Assembly: GCA_027625125.1 (NCBI GenBank)
Contig: JAQBXG010000001.1
Location: forward strand, 1 to 30,423
Direction: 5' to 3'
DNA: 30,423 bases
DNA from: Pseudomonadota bacterium
GTDB taxonomy: Bacteria; Pseudomonadota; Alphaproteobacteria; UBA2966; CAIVPW01
This document shows positions 1 to 8,976 of this stretch, in pieces. The stretch's first letter is position 1. Every line of letters begins with the position of its first letter. The translations under genes were made by a program, and so were the position numbers. The notes under the pieces were generated by a model. That model saw only the letters and a program-made list of their open reading frames with translations, was not told where the DNA came from and ran no database searches.

Positions 1-2
1 CC

Positions 3-251
3 AAATCTCCGGCAAAGACTTCGGCAGAATCCCCGGCAAGACCGCCGGCAAAGGCTGCCGCCGAGCCGGCGCCGGCATCGCGGCCCGCGGCCGCTCCGGC
101 GGCGCGCCCGTCCCCCAAACCGGAACCGGCCCAAAAAACGCCCGCCCGCCCGGCGCCAAAGCAATCGCCGCCGGAGCCGGAACCCGCCGGTTCGATGGAC
201 GGTCACGTGCCGGCGTTCCTGCTCCGGCCGGTACCGCAAAAATCAAGCTGA
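3..251 (+). CDS. 3' end (partial) of a probable DEAD/DEAH-box RNA helicase: Pro/Ala/Lys-rich disordered tail ending ...GSMDGHVPAFLLRPVPQKSS*
   Basis: Frame open from base 3 to TGA 249-251. The low-complexity tail and terminal HVPAFLLRP motif resemble C-termini of alphaproteobacterial DEAD-box helicases as I recall them, as does the position convergent on the Fe-S cluster genes. No helicase core is inside the window. Confidence 0.5.
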   Translation, partial: KSPAKTSAESPARPPAKAAAEPAPASRPAAAPAARPSPKPEPAQKTPARPAPKQSPPEPEPAGSMDGHVPAFLLRPVPQKSS

Positions 252-280
252 TCGCGGCTTAGTGGATCAAACCGGCTCTT

Positions 281-304
281 GGTACGAATTGCCGGATTCG
301 TACC
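281..304. terminator. 9-bp perfect hairpin between convergent genes (possible bidirectional terminator or 3' stabiliser)
   Basis: GGTACGAAT (281-289) / ATTCGTACC (296-304), 6-nt loop, 1 nt past the iscX stop. No clear U-tract. Confidence 0.45.
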
Positions 305-305
305 T

Positions 306-506
306 CTAGTCGCGTTCTTCCAACCAGGCCATCTGGATCGCCTCGAGGATTTTTTCGCTCGACCGCTCCGGGTCGTCGTCAAACCCCGCCAACTCCCGCA
401 CCCACCGGTGCAGATCGGTGAATCGCAGATTCACGACATCGGCCTCGGGGTGCGCGTCCTCCAGGCCGATGGCGATTTCCTGCACGTCGGTCCAACGCAG
501 GCCCAT
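306..506 (-). CDS. iscX: Fe-S cluster assembly protein IscX (YfhJ), 66 aa
   Basis: MGLRWTDVQEIAIGLEDAHP...LRFTDLHRWV...SSEKILEAIQMAWLEE; last gene of the isc operon. Confidence 0.96.
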   Translation of the reverse strand: MGLRWTDVQEIAIGLEDAHPEADVVNLRFTDLHRWVRELAGFDDDPERSSEKILEAIQMAWLEERD

Positions 507-510
507 CGCC

Positions 511-849
511 TCAGTCCCCCTCCAGCAGCATGTTCCGCGTCGCCGAGGGCAGCGTGACGACCAATCCGTCCAGCGCGTCGGTAATCAAAATCTGGCACCC
601 CAGCCGCGAGGTGTGGGTCAGCGCAAAGGCCAGGTCGAGCATGTCCTCCTCATTTTCCGTCGCATCGGGAATCTTCGCAAAGTACCCATCCGCGACGATG
701 ACATGGCAGGTCGAACACGCCAGCGATCCTTCGCACGCGCCTTCCAGATTGATGTCGTTGCGGTGGGCGATCTCCAGCACCGACAGACCGATCGGCGCAT
801 CGACTTCCTGTCGCCGGCCATCGGGATGAACGAACGTCATGGTGGGCAT
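511..849 (-). CDS. fdx: ISC-type [2Fe-2S] ferredoxin (adrenodoxin family)
   Basis: [13 protein letters not shown] (CX5CX2C) plus SRLGCQ. ATG 849 preferred over the track's TTG 855. Confidence 0.96.
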   Translation of the reverse strand: MPTMTFVHPDGRRQEVDAPIGLSVLEIAHRNDINLEGACEGSLACSTCHVIVADGYFAKIPDATENEEDMLDLAFALTHTSRLGCQILITDALDGLVVTLPSATRNMLLEGD

Positions 850-931
850 GTGCAACCTGCTACGCGATTGTGATCGATCCCCGGGGGCCGGGAGGGCAGA
901 ACATCGCCTTTCCGGGTACGGAACGGAACCC

Positions 932-2833
932 CTAATTTTCGCCGCTGAGGCTCTCTGCCACCTCGGCCACCGAGTGGCCTTTCAGGGCGGCGCGGATGCC
1001 GCGGTCCATGCGACGGGAAGCGAACTCCTCGGTGCCGGCATTGCACGTCTCGACCGCGTCCTGAATCGACCCGCGATCGTCTCCGGCAAGCGTCCGTCGC
1101 AGCGCCTCGACCACCCCGGCAATCGCCTCGCGCTCGGCGCCGTCCAGAAGATCGCCGTCCACCCGCAGCGCCGCCGTCACCGCCTGGATCATGCGCTCGC
1201 CGTCGACGCGCGCCTCGCGCAACAGCCGCGCGTCCATGTCGGCCGCGGCATGTTCCATGCTGGCCCGCAGCATCGCCGCCGTTTCGTCCTCCGACAGACC
1301 GTACGAGGGCTTCACCGCCACCTGCTGGCGTACGCCGGTCGTCGCCTCGTCGGCGCTGACGGTCAACAGCCCGTCTGCATCCACCGCGAACGTCACCCGA
1401 ATGCGCGCCGCCCCGGCGGCCATCGGCGGAATCCCGGCCAGCTCGAATCGCGCCAGCGAGCGGTTCTCCGCCACCAGTTCGCGCTCCCCCTGGACAACGT
1501 GAATCATCATCGCCGACTGTCCGTCCTGATAGGTCGTGAACTCCTGCGCCCGCGCCGCCGGGACGGGCGTGTTGCGCGGCATGACCTTTTCACACAGCCC
1601 GCCCATCGTTTCGATGCCCAGCGACAGCGGCGTCACATCCAACAGCAACGCCTGCGATCCCCGCGTCAGCGCCTCGGCCTGCAACGCCGCACCTCGCGCC
1701 ACCACTTCCTCCGGATCGATGTCGTCGAGCGGCTCGCGCCCGAACACTTCGGCCACCCGCCGCCGCACCATCGGCACCCGCGTAGAGCCGCCGACCAGCA
1801 CCAGCCCGGCAATCTCCGCCGGGGTGACGCCGGCGTCGGCCAGTACGTCGCGGGTGATGTCCAGAGTTCGCGCCACCAGCGGTTCGATCAGCGCCTCCAG
1901 CGTGGCGCGATCCAGATCGTGCCGCGACGGCCGCCCGCCGACATCGATGGTCCAGCTACCGCTGTCCTGGTCGGTCAGGCATTCCTTCGCCAGCCGCGCG
2001 GAAATCAACGCCATCTTCGCCTCGTTCGACGTCAGCGCCGCATCGCCCGGAACGCCGGCGCGCTGGCGCAGAAAATGTTCGGCGACTAGGCGATCGAAGT
2101 CGTCGCCCCCCAACAGCGGATCGCCGCCGGTCGCCAGCACCTGGAACACGCCCATTCGCAGCCGCAACACCGAAACGTCGAACGTGCCGCCGCCCAGGTC
2201 ATAGACCGCGTACAGGCCCTCGGCGGCCTCGTCCAATCCGTAGGCCAGCGCCGCCGCCGTCGGCTCGTTGACCAGCCGCAGCGTTTCCAGCCCGGCCAGC
2301 CGGGCCGCATCCTTGGTCGCGTTGCGGGCGGCATCGTCGAAATGCGCCGGCACCGTGATGACGGCGCGCGAGACCGCGTGGCCCAGCGCCGCCTCGGCGC
2401 GCGCCTTGATCGCCCGCAGGATCTCGGCCGAGACTTCCACCGGCGACAGTGTCCGTCCGGCCACGCGCAGCCGCACCATCCCGCCGTCCCCGTCGGCGGG
2501 AATCTCGACCTCGTACGGAAGCTGCCCGGCAACGCGCTGGACGTCCTCGTACCCCCGCCCCATCAGCCGCTTGACCGACACGACGACGCGCTCCGCCTCG
2601 TCCAGTAATTCCCGGCGCGCCTCCTCGCCGACCACCACGCCCCGCTCCAGATAGGCCACCACCGACGGCACCAGCGCGCGGCCACGGGAATCGCGCACGA
2701 CCTCCGCCTGGCCGTCCTCCGCGAACGCGACCAGGCTGTTGGTCGTGCCCAGATCGATCCCGACCGCCATGTCTTCCCTCTGGTGCGGAAGCGGCGTTCG
2801 GCCCGGCTCATGGATTTGCAGCAACCCGCTCAT
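932..2833 (-). CDS. hscA: Fe-S protein assembly chaperone HscA (Hsp70 family), 633 aa
   Basis: [41 protein letters not shown] motifs. ATGA overlap with hscB; isc context. Confidence 0.96.
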   Translation of the reverse strand: MSGLLQIHEPGRTPLPHQREDMAVGIDLGTTNSLVAFAEDGQAEVVRDSRGRALVPSVVAYLERGVVVGEEARRELLDEAERVVVSVKRLMGRGYEDVQRVAGQLPYEVEIPADGDGGMVRLRVAGRTLSPVEVSAEILRAIKARAEAALGHAVSRAVITVPAHFDDAARNATKDAARLAGLETLRLVNEPTAAALAYGLDEAAEGLYAVYDLGGGTFDVSVLRLRMGVFQVLATGGDPLLGGDDFDRLVAEHFLRQRAGVPGDAALTSNEAKMALISARLAKECLTDQDSGSWTIDVGGRPSRHDLDRATLEALIEPLVARTLDITRDVLADAGVTPAEIAGLVLVGGSTRVPMVRRRVAEVFGREPLDDIDPEEVVARGAALQAEALTRGSQALLLDVTPLSLGIETMGGLCEKVMPRNTPVPAARAQEFTTYQDGQSAMMIHVVQGERELVAENRSLARFELAGIPPMAAGAARIRVTFAVDADGLLTVSADEATTGVRQQVAVKPSYGLSEDETAAMLRASMEHAAADMDARLLREARVDGERMIQAVTAALRVDGDLLDGAEREAIAGVVEALRRTLAGDDRGSIQDAVETCNAGTEEFASRRMDRGIRAALKGHSVAEVAESLSGEN

Positions 2834-3447
2834 GCGGCCGTAAGCCGCCCGCGCCGCTCGCGGGCCTCCGTCGCGAATTTTTGCAGGTACGTCAGCCGCA
2901 ACACCAACCGAGCGGCGGCCGCACGGTCTTCGGCGGCAAACGCCCGTGACAGGGCTGCAATACAGGCGTCGGTTTTGGCTTCCTGGGCCGCCACGACAGC
3001 ATCAACGGCCGAGCGCGACCGCGCTTCCGCCAGGCCCTCGCGCATCTCCATCGCCTCAACCAGCAGCTCCTCGTCGGCGACGGTGTCCGTTTCGCCGGTG
3101 CCGGTGGCATGGCCGGCGGCGGCCAACAGCGCCTCCGCCCGCTTCACCGGCGTGCGCAGCATCGCGAATGCGTCGTTCAGGTTGGCCGTGTGCCGCGACG
3201 CATACTCGCGTTCGCGCGGCGAATTGGCGGCAAAGCGATCGGGGTGCAACTCGCGCTGGCGGGCGAAGTATCGCTGCTCCAGATCGGCGCTGTCGATGTC
3301 GAAGCCCGGGGCAAGGCCCAGCGTCCGAAACGGATCACATGCGTGGGGCGGCTGGATGGCGGAACAGGTCGGGCAAAACGCCGCGCCGCGATTGACCGGG
3401 CCGTGGCAGGACCAGCAGCGGGATACGGCGTTGTCGGATGCATTCAT
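2830..3447 (-). CDS. hscB: Co-chaperone HscB with N-terminal tetracysteine metal-binding domain, 205 aa
   Basis: J-domain LHPDRF; C-terminal DEELLVEAMEMRE; N-terminal CWSC-X9-FCPTC-X3-Q. Confidence 0.95.
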   Translation of the reverse strand: MNASDNAVSRCWSCHGPVNRGAAFCPTCSAIQPPHACDPFRTLGLAPGFDIDSADLEQRYFARQRELHPDRFAANSPREREYASRHTANLNDAFAMLRTPVKRAEALLAAAGHATGTGETDTVADEELLVEAMEMREGLAEARSRSAVDAVVAAQEAKTDACIAALSRAFAAEDRAAAARLVLRLTYLQKFATEARERRGRLTAA

Positions 3448-3492
3448 GGCCGTGCCTGGCCACGGCCCTGCAGCCGGGGCGCCGCAGGGTCG

Positions 3493-3840
3493 CTAGACGT
3501 GAAACGATTCGCCGCAGCCGCAGCGGGACTTTTCGTTCGGGTTATTGAATACGAACCCGGATTCCATGTCCTTATCGACAAAGTCCATTTCGGTGCCCTG
3601 CAGATAGGGCTGCGCCTTCGGATCGACGAACACGGTGATGGGGCCGTGGCGCACCACCGCGTCGAATTCCGACACTTCGTCGGCGAATTCCAGCGTATAC
3701 GACAGTCCGGAACAACCGGCGGTCCGCACGCCGACCCGGACCCCTCCGGTGGGCTTGCCGCGGCCTTCGATCATTGCGCGTACACGCGCGGCGGCGGCGT
3801 CGGTAATCGTCATCACCTGCATCGGGGCTTCCTGGTCCAT
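3493..3840 (-). CDS. iscA: A-type Fe-S carrier IscA
   Basis: GVRTAGCSGLSY, GTEMDF, FNNPNEKSRCGCGESF. Start may be 3840 or the next Met (MQVM). Confidence 0.95.
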   Translation of the reverse strand: MDQEAPMQVMTITDAAAARVRAMIEGRGKPTGGVRVGVRTAGCSGLSYTLEFADEVSEFDAVVRHGPITVFVDPKAQPYLQGTEMDFVDKDMESGFVFNNPNEKSRCGCGESFHV

Positions 3841-3874
3841 CGTCTGTCTTGCCTCTCGTCTACTTCGCCTCAGA

Positions 3875-4306
3875 CTACTCCGCCGCGGCTTCGGCCGCTA
3901 CATTCTGTGCCGCCCGGCCGCCGACCGTGGCCGCCTTGCCGCGAAAATCGGCGATGGCGGCCTTGATCGCGTCCTCAGCCAGCACCGAACAGTGAATCTT
4001 GACCGGCGGCAGCGCCAGATGCTGGGCGATCTGGGTGTTCTTGATGTTCTCGGCCTCGTCCAGCGACTTGCCCTTGACCCACTCGGTAATCAGGCTCGAC
4101 GATGCAATCGCCGAGCCACATCCAAAGGTCTTGAACTTCGCGTCCTCGATGATGCCGTCGGCGGACACCTGAATCTGCAACTTCATCACGTCGCCGCAGG
4201 CCGGCGCGCCGACCAAGCCGGTGCCGACATTTGCCGCAGACTTGTCCATCGCCCCGATATTGCGGGGGTTTTCGTAATGGTCGATTACTTTTTCGCCGTA
4301 CGCCAT
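3875..4306 (-). CDS. iscU: Fe-S scaffold IscU, 143 aa
   Basis: MAYGEKVIDHYENPRN, PACGDVM, FGCGS, LPPVKIHCS (HscA-binding LPPVK). GAGGAG RBS before ATG 4306. The track's 602-aa call wrongly extends into a shadow frame of iscS. Confidence 0.97.
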   Translation of the reverse strand: MAYGEKVIDHYENPRNIGAMDKSAANVGTGLVGAPACGDVMKLQIQVSADGIIEDAKFKTFGCGSAIASSSLITEWVKGKSLDEAENIKNTQIAQHLALPPVKIHCSVLAEDAIKAAIADFRGKAATVGGRAAQNVAAEAAAE

Positions 4307-4341
4307 GATCTGGCTCCTCGTAATGAAATGCGCCGTCCCCG

Positions 4342-4360
4342 GGGGGTCGTCAAGACCCCC
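4342..4360. other. GC-rich stem-loop in the iscS-iscU gap
   Basis: GGGGGTC (4342-4348) / GACCCCC (4354-4360), 5-nt loop, abutting the iscS stop. Confidence 0.55.
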
Positions 4361-5595
4361 TAGTGATCCGACCACCGGATCGATTTCAGATCGACCCCTT
4401 CCTGCACCATCTCCCACAACGGGCTCATCTGCCGCAGTTTCTGCACGTGCTTGACCACCGTCTCGACCGTGTAGTCGACCTCGGCCTCGGTGGTCGGGCG
4501 GCCGATGCCGAAGCGGATCGACGTGTGGGCCATCTCCTCGTCCACCCCCAGAGCCCGCAGAACATAGCTCGGCTCCAGCGAGGCCGACGTACACGCCGAC
4601 CCCGACGATACCGCGATATCGCGCATCCCCATCATCAACGACTCGCCCTCGACATACGAAAACGAAAGGTTGAGATTGCCGGGATAGCGCCGCTCGCGGT
4701 CGCCGTTCAGCACCACGTCGGGCAACCGGGTATTGATCGCATCCAGAAACCGTTCCGACAGCATGCGGATGCGTTCGGCATCGGCGCCCATTTCGTCGCC
4801 GGCGATTTCCGCCGCCTTGCCAAACCCGACGCACAGCGGCGTCGGCAATGTGCCGGATCGCATACCGCGCTCCTGGCCGCCGCCGTTGATCAGCGCCTGC
4901 AATCGCACCCGCGGCTTGCGCCGCACATACAGCGCGCCGATGCCCTTGGGGCCGTACATCTTGTGGCCGGAAATGCTCATCAGATCGATGTGCATTGCAT
5001 CGACATCCAACGGAATCTTTCCCGCCGCCTGGGCCGCGTCGGTATGCAGGAACGCGCCTTTTTCGCGGCAGATGGTGCCGATCTCGGCCATCGGCTGAAT
5101 CACGCCGATCTCGTTGTTGACCGTCATCACGGAAACGATCGCGGTGCGCTCGGTGATTGCCTCGCGCAGTCGTTCCAGATCGACGATGCCGTTCTGCTGC
5201 ACCGGCAGATACGTGACCTTGAACCCCTCCTCCTCCAGATGGCGGCAGGCGTCCAGCACGCATTTGTGCTCGGTGATGAGCGTGACGATCTCGTCCTTGC
5301 GGTCCTTGTAGAATCTCGCGACGCCCTTCAGCGCCAGGTTGTTCGATTCGGTCGCCCCCGAGGTAAAGATGACTTCCTTCGGTGACGCGCCGATCAGTTT
5401 CGCCACCTTGGCGCGCGCATCCTCGACCGCCGCCTCCGCCTCCCATCCGAATGAATGGCTGCGCGAATGCGGATTGCCGAACACCTCGGTGAAATACGGC
5501 AGCATCGCCTGCACCACCCGCTCGTCGGTCGGCGTCGTCGCCTGATAGTCCATATAGATCGGCAGGCGGATGTTCTTCTTCGCTTCCGCGGACAT
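4360..5595 (-). CDS. iscS: Cysteine desulfurase IscS
   Basis: [18 protein letters not shown] (PLP Lys), SSGSACTS (catalytic Cys), C-terminal SPLWEM tail. ATG 5595 overlaps the upstream TGA (TGATG), with a GGAAGGA RBS; GTG 5598 is the alternative. Confidence 0.97.
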   Translation of the reverse strand: MSAEAKKNIRLPIYMDYQATTPTDERVVQAMLPYFTEVFGNPHSRSHSFGWEAEAAVEDARAKVAKLIGASPKEVIFTSGATESNNLALKGVARFYKDRKDEIVTLITEHKCVLDACRHLEEEGFKVTYLPVQQNGIVDLERLREAITERTAIVSVMTVNNEIGVIQPMAEIGTICREKGAFLHTDAAQAAGKIPLDVDAMHIDLMSISGHKMYGPKGIGALYVRRKPRVRLQALINGGGQERGMRSGTLPTPLCVGFGKAAEIAGDEMGADAERIRMLSERFLDAINTRLPDVVLNGDRERRYPGNLNLSFSYVEGESLMMGMRDIAVSSGSACTSASLEPSYVLRALGVDEEMAHTSIRFGIGRPTTEAEVDYTVETVVKHVQKLRQMSPLWEMVQEGVDLKSIRWSDH

Positions 5596-6761
5596 CACAT
5601 TCCTTCCCGTGCAATTGACGCCTGGCCGTGCGCGCGGCGTGCGGCCAATTCGGACCAGGCTGCCGCAAAACGGTCGACGTCATGCTGGCTCGATGCCCAG
5701 CCTAGGCTGACGCGAATGGCCGATCCGGCCTCGTCTTCGTCCGCGCCCATCGCGCGCAGCACGTGGCTTGCGCGCACCTTGCCCGAAGAACAGGCGGCGC
5801 CGGCGCTGACCGCGACCCCGGCCAGGTCGAGCGCGATGACCTGAGTCTCGGCGCGCATGCCCGCCATCGCGATGCACGACGTATTCGGCAACCGGTCGGC
5901 CTCAGCCCCGTAAACGCGAGCGCCGGGGAAGCTTGTCTGCAACCGCCGTTCCAGGCCGTCGCGCATCGCCGCCAGGCGCCCGGCCTCGGCCAGGTCGTCG
6001 GCGGCCAGCACGGCGGCGCGGCCGAACCCGGCGATGCCGGCGACGTTTTCGGTTCCGGCCCGCAGGCCCCGTTCCTGGCCGCCGCCGGTCTGCACCGGCG
6101 ATACGACCCGGAACTCCGGCGCCACCAGCGCGCCCACGCCCTGGGGGCCGCCGAACTTGTGAGCCGACAGCGCGGCGGTGTCGGCGCCCAGCGCCGGAAT
6201 GTTGACGGCGATTCGGCCCGGCCCCTGGACCGCGTCGCAGTGCAACAGCCCGCCTGCCGCATGGACACGGGCGGCGATTTCGGCCACCGGCTGAATCACG
6301 CCGGTCTCGTTATTCGCCAGTTGCACGGCGACCCCGGCGCGGCCGCCGCTCGCCCGTACATCGGCCAGCAATGCGTCCAGCGCCGCCAGATCGACGATGC
6401 CCGAAGGCAGCACCGGCAGCGTTTTGACCTCTGGCCCGGCATGGGCGGCGGCGGCCAGCACCGAGTCGTGTTCGACACCGGCGATCAACAGCCGCGCGAC
6501 ACCGCGCGCCGCGAATGACGCCACCGCCAGCGCGTTGGCCTCGGTGCCGCCGCTGGTGAACACAACTGCATCCGGGTCCACCCCGGCCAGCGCCGCGACT
6601 TCATCCCGCGCCAGGTCAAGCGCCGCCCGCGCCAACCGCCCGAAGCGATGCACCGACGAAGGGTTGCCGCCTGTCGCCAGCACTTCGGCGACGACATCGG
6701 CCACGTCCCGCTTCACTGGCGTCGTGGCGTTGTAATCCAGATATGCGGCGGCGGCGGTCAT
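5595..6761 (-). CDS. Second group-I (NifS-like) cysteine desulfurase, 388 aa
   Basis: [41 protein letters not shown]. Lacks the IscS SPLWEM tail. Confidence 0.93.
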   Translation of the reverse strand: MTAAAAYLDYNATTPVKRDVADVVAEVLATGGNPSSVHRFGRLARAALDLARDEVAALAGVDPDAVVFTSGGTEANALAVASFAARGVARLLIAGVEHDSVLAAAAHAGPEVKTLPVLPSGIVDLAALDALLADVRASGGRAGVAVQLANNETGVIQPVAEIAARVHAAGGLLHCDAVQGPGRIAVNIPALGADTAALSAHKFGGPQGVGALVAPEFRVVSPVQTGGGQERGLRAGTENVAGIAGFGRAAVLAADDLAEAGRLAAMRDGLERRLQTSFPGARVYGAEADRLPNTSCIAMAGMRAETQVIALDLAGVAVSAGAACSSGKVRASHVLRAMGADEDEAGSAIRVSLGWASSQHDVDRFAAAWSELAARRAHGQASIAREGM

Positions 6762-6764
6762 GGC

Positions 6765-7250
6765 CTACTCCGCGGCGCCCGCGCGCGGCAATTCCAGCGT
6801 CGGCACCGCGCGGCCCGGGGCGACCGAACTGGTCCCCAGCACGCGACGGTTGACGATATCGGCCAAGGTCACCGAACTAAGATACAAGTGAATCTGGTTG
6901 CCCAATTCCTCCCACAGGTCATGGGTGATACAGCGGCTGTGATCGCTGTGGCAGCCGGTCGCCGAGCCGGGCTTGCAGCGCGTCGCCGCCAACGGTTCGT
7001 CGACGGCGATGACGATATCCGAGACACGCATCGCCTTCGCCTCGCGAGCCAACAGGTATCCGCCGCCGGGGCCGCGCACGCTTCGCACCAGCGAATTGCG
7101 GCGCAAACGCCCGAACAATTGCTCCAGATACGACAGCGAAATCTCCTGGCGGTCGGCGATTTCCGACAGCGACACCGGCTTGGCGGAGCTGTGCAGCGCA
7201 AGGTCCGCCATCGCCATCACCGCGTAACGGCCCTTTGAACTGAGTTTCAT
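6765..7250 (-). CDS. iscR: Rrf2-family Fe-S regulator IscR, 161 aa
   Basis: KGRYAV, SYLEQLF (E43-equivalent), VRGPGGGY, three Cys plus His (RC...GC...RCITHDLW). GGGAGG RBS. Confidence 0.9.
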   Translation of the reverse strand: MKLSSKGRYAVMAMADLALHSSAKPVSLSEIADRQEISLSYLEQLFGRLRRNSLVRSVRGPGGGYLLAREAKAMRVSDIVIAVDEPLAATRCKPGSATGCHSDHSRCITHDLWEELGNQIHLYLSSVTLADIVNRRVLGTSSVAPGRAVPTLELPRAGAAE

Positions 7251-7269
7251 CTGCGCCCTGCGCCTCCCG

Positions 7270-8037
7270 TTACAACTGGTCTTTGGCCACCGGCGGCCGC
7301 GGCGCCGGGTCGGCGTCGGCGTCGTCGCGCCACGGCGGCGTCAGCCGGTCATCGCTCTGCTCGCGCCGTCCCTCAAGGTCGGCAATGCGCGCCTGCAACC
7401 CGGCTACTTGTTCCATCAGTCCGTCGATCACCCGCGCGACTGGATCGCTCAATTCGGCGGCGGAGGTGCCATAGGCCTCGAATTTCGCGTCCATGCCCTT
7501 GCGGGCGCGGGCGACCCGGGCCGGATTGCCGACCACCGTCGCCCCGGCCGGAACGTCCCGCAGCACGACCGAGTTGGCCCCAACCCGCGAATTCCGCCCC
7601 AATGTAATCGGCCCCAGCACCTGCGCCCCGGAACCGACAATGACGCCGTCCTCCAGAGTCGGATGGCGTTTCAGATCGACCTGATTCGCCGTGTCGATGG
7701 CCGGCGCGATGCCGCCCAGGGTCACGCCGTGATACAGCGTCACGTTGTCGCCGATGCGCGAGGTTTCGCCGATGACGACGCCGGTGCCGTGGTCGATAAA
7801 GAACCCGCAGCCGATCTTTGCCGCCGGATGAATCTCGACCCCGGTCAAAAACCGGGCGAAATGCGACAGCACCCGCGCCGAAAGCCGCCAATTCCGCTTC
7901 CAAAGCCGGTGGGCGACCCGGTGCAGCAGCACCGCGTGGAATCCCGGATACGCCAGCCAGATTTCCGCCACGCCGCGGACGGCCGGATCGCGTTCCCGGA
8001 TTGCCCGGATATCCCTGCGAATCGTGTCGAATGCCAT
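7270..8037 (-). CDS. cysE: Serine O-acetyltransferase CysE, 255 aa
   Basis: [44 protein letters not shown] hexapeptide repeats. Real start is ATG 8037, not 9180. Confidence 0.95.
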   Translation of the reverse strand: MAFDTIRRDIRAIRERDPAVRGVAEIWLAYPGFHAVLLHRVAHRLWKRNWRLSARVLSHFARFLTGVEIHPAAKIGCGFFIDHGTGVVIGETSRIGDNVTLYHGVTLGGIAPAIDTANQVDLKRHPTLEDGVIVGSGAQVLGPITLGRNSRVGANSVVLRDVPAGATVVGNPARVARARKGMDAKFEAYGTSAAELSDPVARVIDGLMEQVAGLQARIADLEGRREQSDDRLTPPWRDDADADPAPRPPVAKDQL

Positions 8038-8140
8038 CCTGGCTCTGGCCCCTTGCGCCAATCCAGCCCCGGTATAATATAAGACCCTATGGCGCGCACG
8101 GATAGTGTGCGCCCGGTCTCGGGCTTGTGTCTCAGGCATT

Positions 8141-8168
8141 ATCTTAGGTGTCCGACAAGAATAGTCAA
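8141..8168 (-). promoter_or_regulatory. Candidate sigma70 promoter of the cysE-isc operon
   Basis: Minus strand TTGACT (8168-8163), 16-nt spacer, TAAGAT (8146-8141), in an AT-enriched intergenic region. Confidence 0.6.
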
Positions 8169-8172
8169 GTTT
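8148..8172. promoter_or_regulatory. IscR type-1-like operator overlapping the -35 box
   Basis: GTGTCCGACAAGAATAGTCAAGTTT matches the E. coli type-1 consensus ATASYYGACTRWWWYAGTCRRSTAT at 19/25 positions by hand, with GAC-N7-GTC intact. Confidence 0.7.
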
Positions 8173-8203
8173 GTCGGCTTTGCTGGCTTGGGTCGATCGC
8201 GGT

Positions 8204-8228
8204 ATACCAGACCAAATATAGTGGAAAT
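8204..8228. promoter_or_regulatory. Possible second, degenerate Rrf2/IscR site
   Basis: ATACCAGACCAAATATAGTGGAAAT: left half fits type-1 (12 of the first 14 positions); the right-half AGT is shifted by 1 nt. Confidence 0.35.
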
Positions 8229-8280
8229 GAAGTTTGCCCTGCCCGCGCCCCGCGCGGTGGGTGACGTGCGCGGGAGTGCC

Positions 8281-8928
8281 ATGCCGGAACTGGTAATCAA
8301 CGGACCCGAGGGCCGAATCGAGGCCCGCTATCACCGCGCCGCGTCGTCGAAAGCGCCGATCGCATTGGTCATGCATCCCCACCCGATGTTCGGGGGCACG
8401 ATGAATCACAAGGTCGTGCATAACCTGTTTCATGCCTTTGTGCGCTCCGGCTTTTCGGTGTTGCGGTTCAACTTCCGCGGTGTCGGGCGCAGCCAGGGGA
8501 CGTTCAACAACGGCGCCGGCGAGTTGGCCGACGCCGCTGCGGCCCTCGACTGGCTGCAATCGATGCACGCCAGCGCCTCCCATTGCTGGGTCACCGGCTA
8601 TTCGTTCGGCGCGTGGATTTCGATGCAGTTGCTTATGCGGCGGCCCGAAATCGATTCGTTCATTTCGGTCGCGCCGCCGGCCAACATCTACGATTTCAGC
8701 TTCCTCGCCCCGTGCCCGTCGTCGGGACTTCTGTTGCAGGGCACCGAGGACGAAGTGGTGCTGGAGCCGGAAGTCTCGAAGCTGGCCGACAAGCTGATCG
8801 GCCAGCGCGGCACGGGCATCCGCTACCAGACCATCGCCGGCGCCGACCACTTCTTCGAAGGCAAGCTGGACGAGCTGACCGACGCGGTCGAAACCTACAT
8901 CGAAACGTCGATGGCCCCGGCCGCCTAG
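8281..8928 (+). CDS. Conserved alpha/beta-hydrolase (HPHP...GGTM family), 215 aa
   Basis: [26 protein letters not shown] nucleophile elbow, DEVV, ADHFF (Ser-Asp-His triad). Start at ATG 8281 ([14 protein letters not shown]). Confidence 0.88.
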   Translation: MPELVINGPEGRIEARYHRAASSKAPIALVMHPHPMFGGTMNHKVVHNLFHAFVRSGFSVLRFNFRGVGRSQGTFNNGAGELADAAAALDWLQSMHASASHCWVTGYSFGAWISMQLLMRRPEIDSFISVAPPANIYDFSFLAPCPSSGLLLQGTEDEVVLEPEVSKLADKLIGQRGTGIRYQTIAGADHFFEGKLDELTDAVETYIETSMAPAA

Positions 8929-8976
8929 CGGCAGGTCGGACCAACGGCCAAGGTTTCCACAAAGGAACGCAGCAAC

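Noticed and set aside
3875-5683. 602-aa ORF suggesting an IscS-IscU fusion or frameshift product
   Set aside because: Only 4306-3875 is IscU, with its own GAGGAG RBS. The rest is an off-frame reading of iscS, expected to stay open when third codon positions are GC-rich. No slippery site seen.
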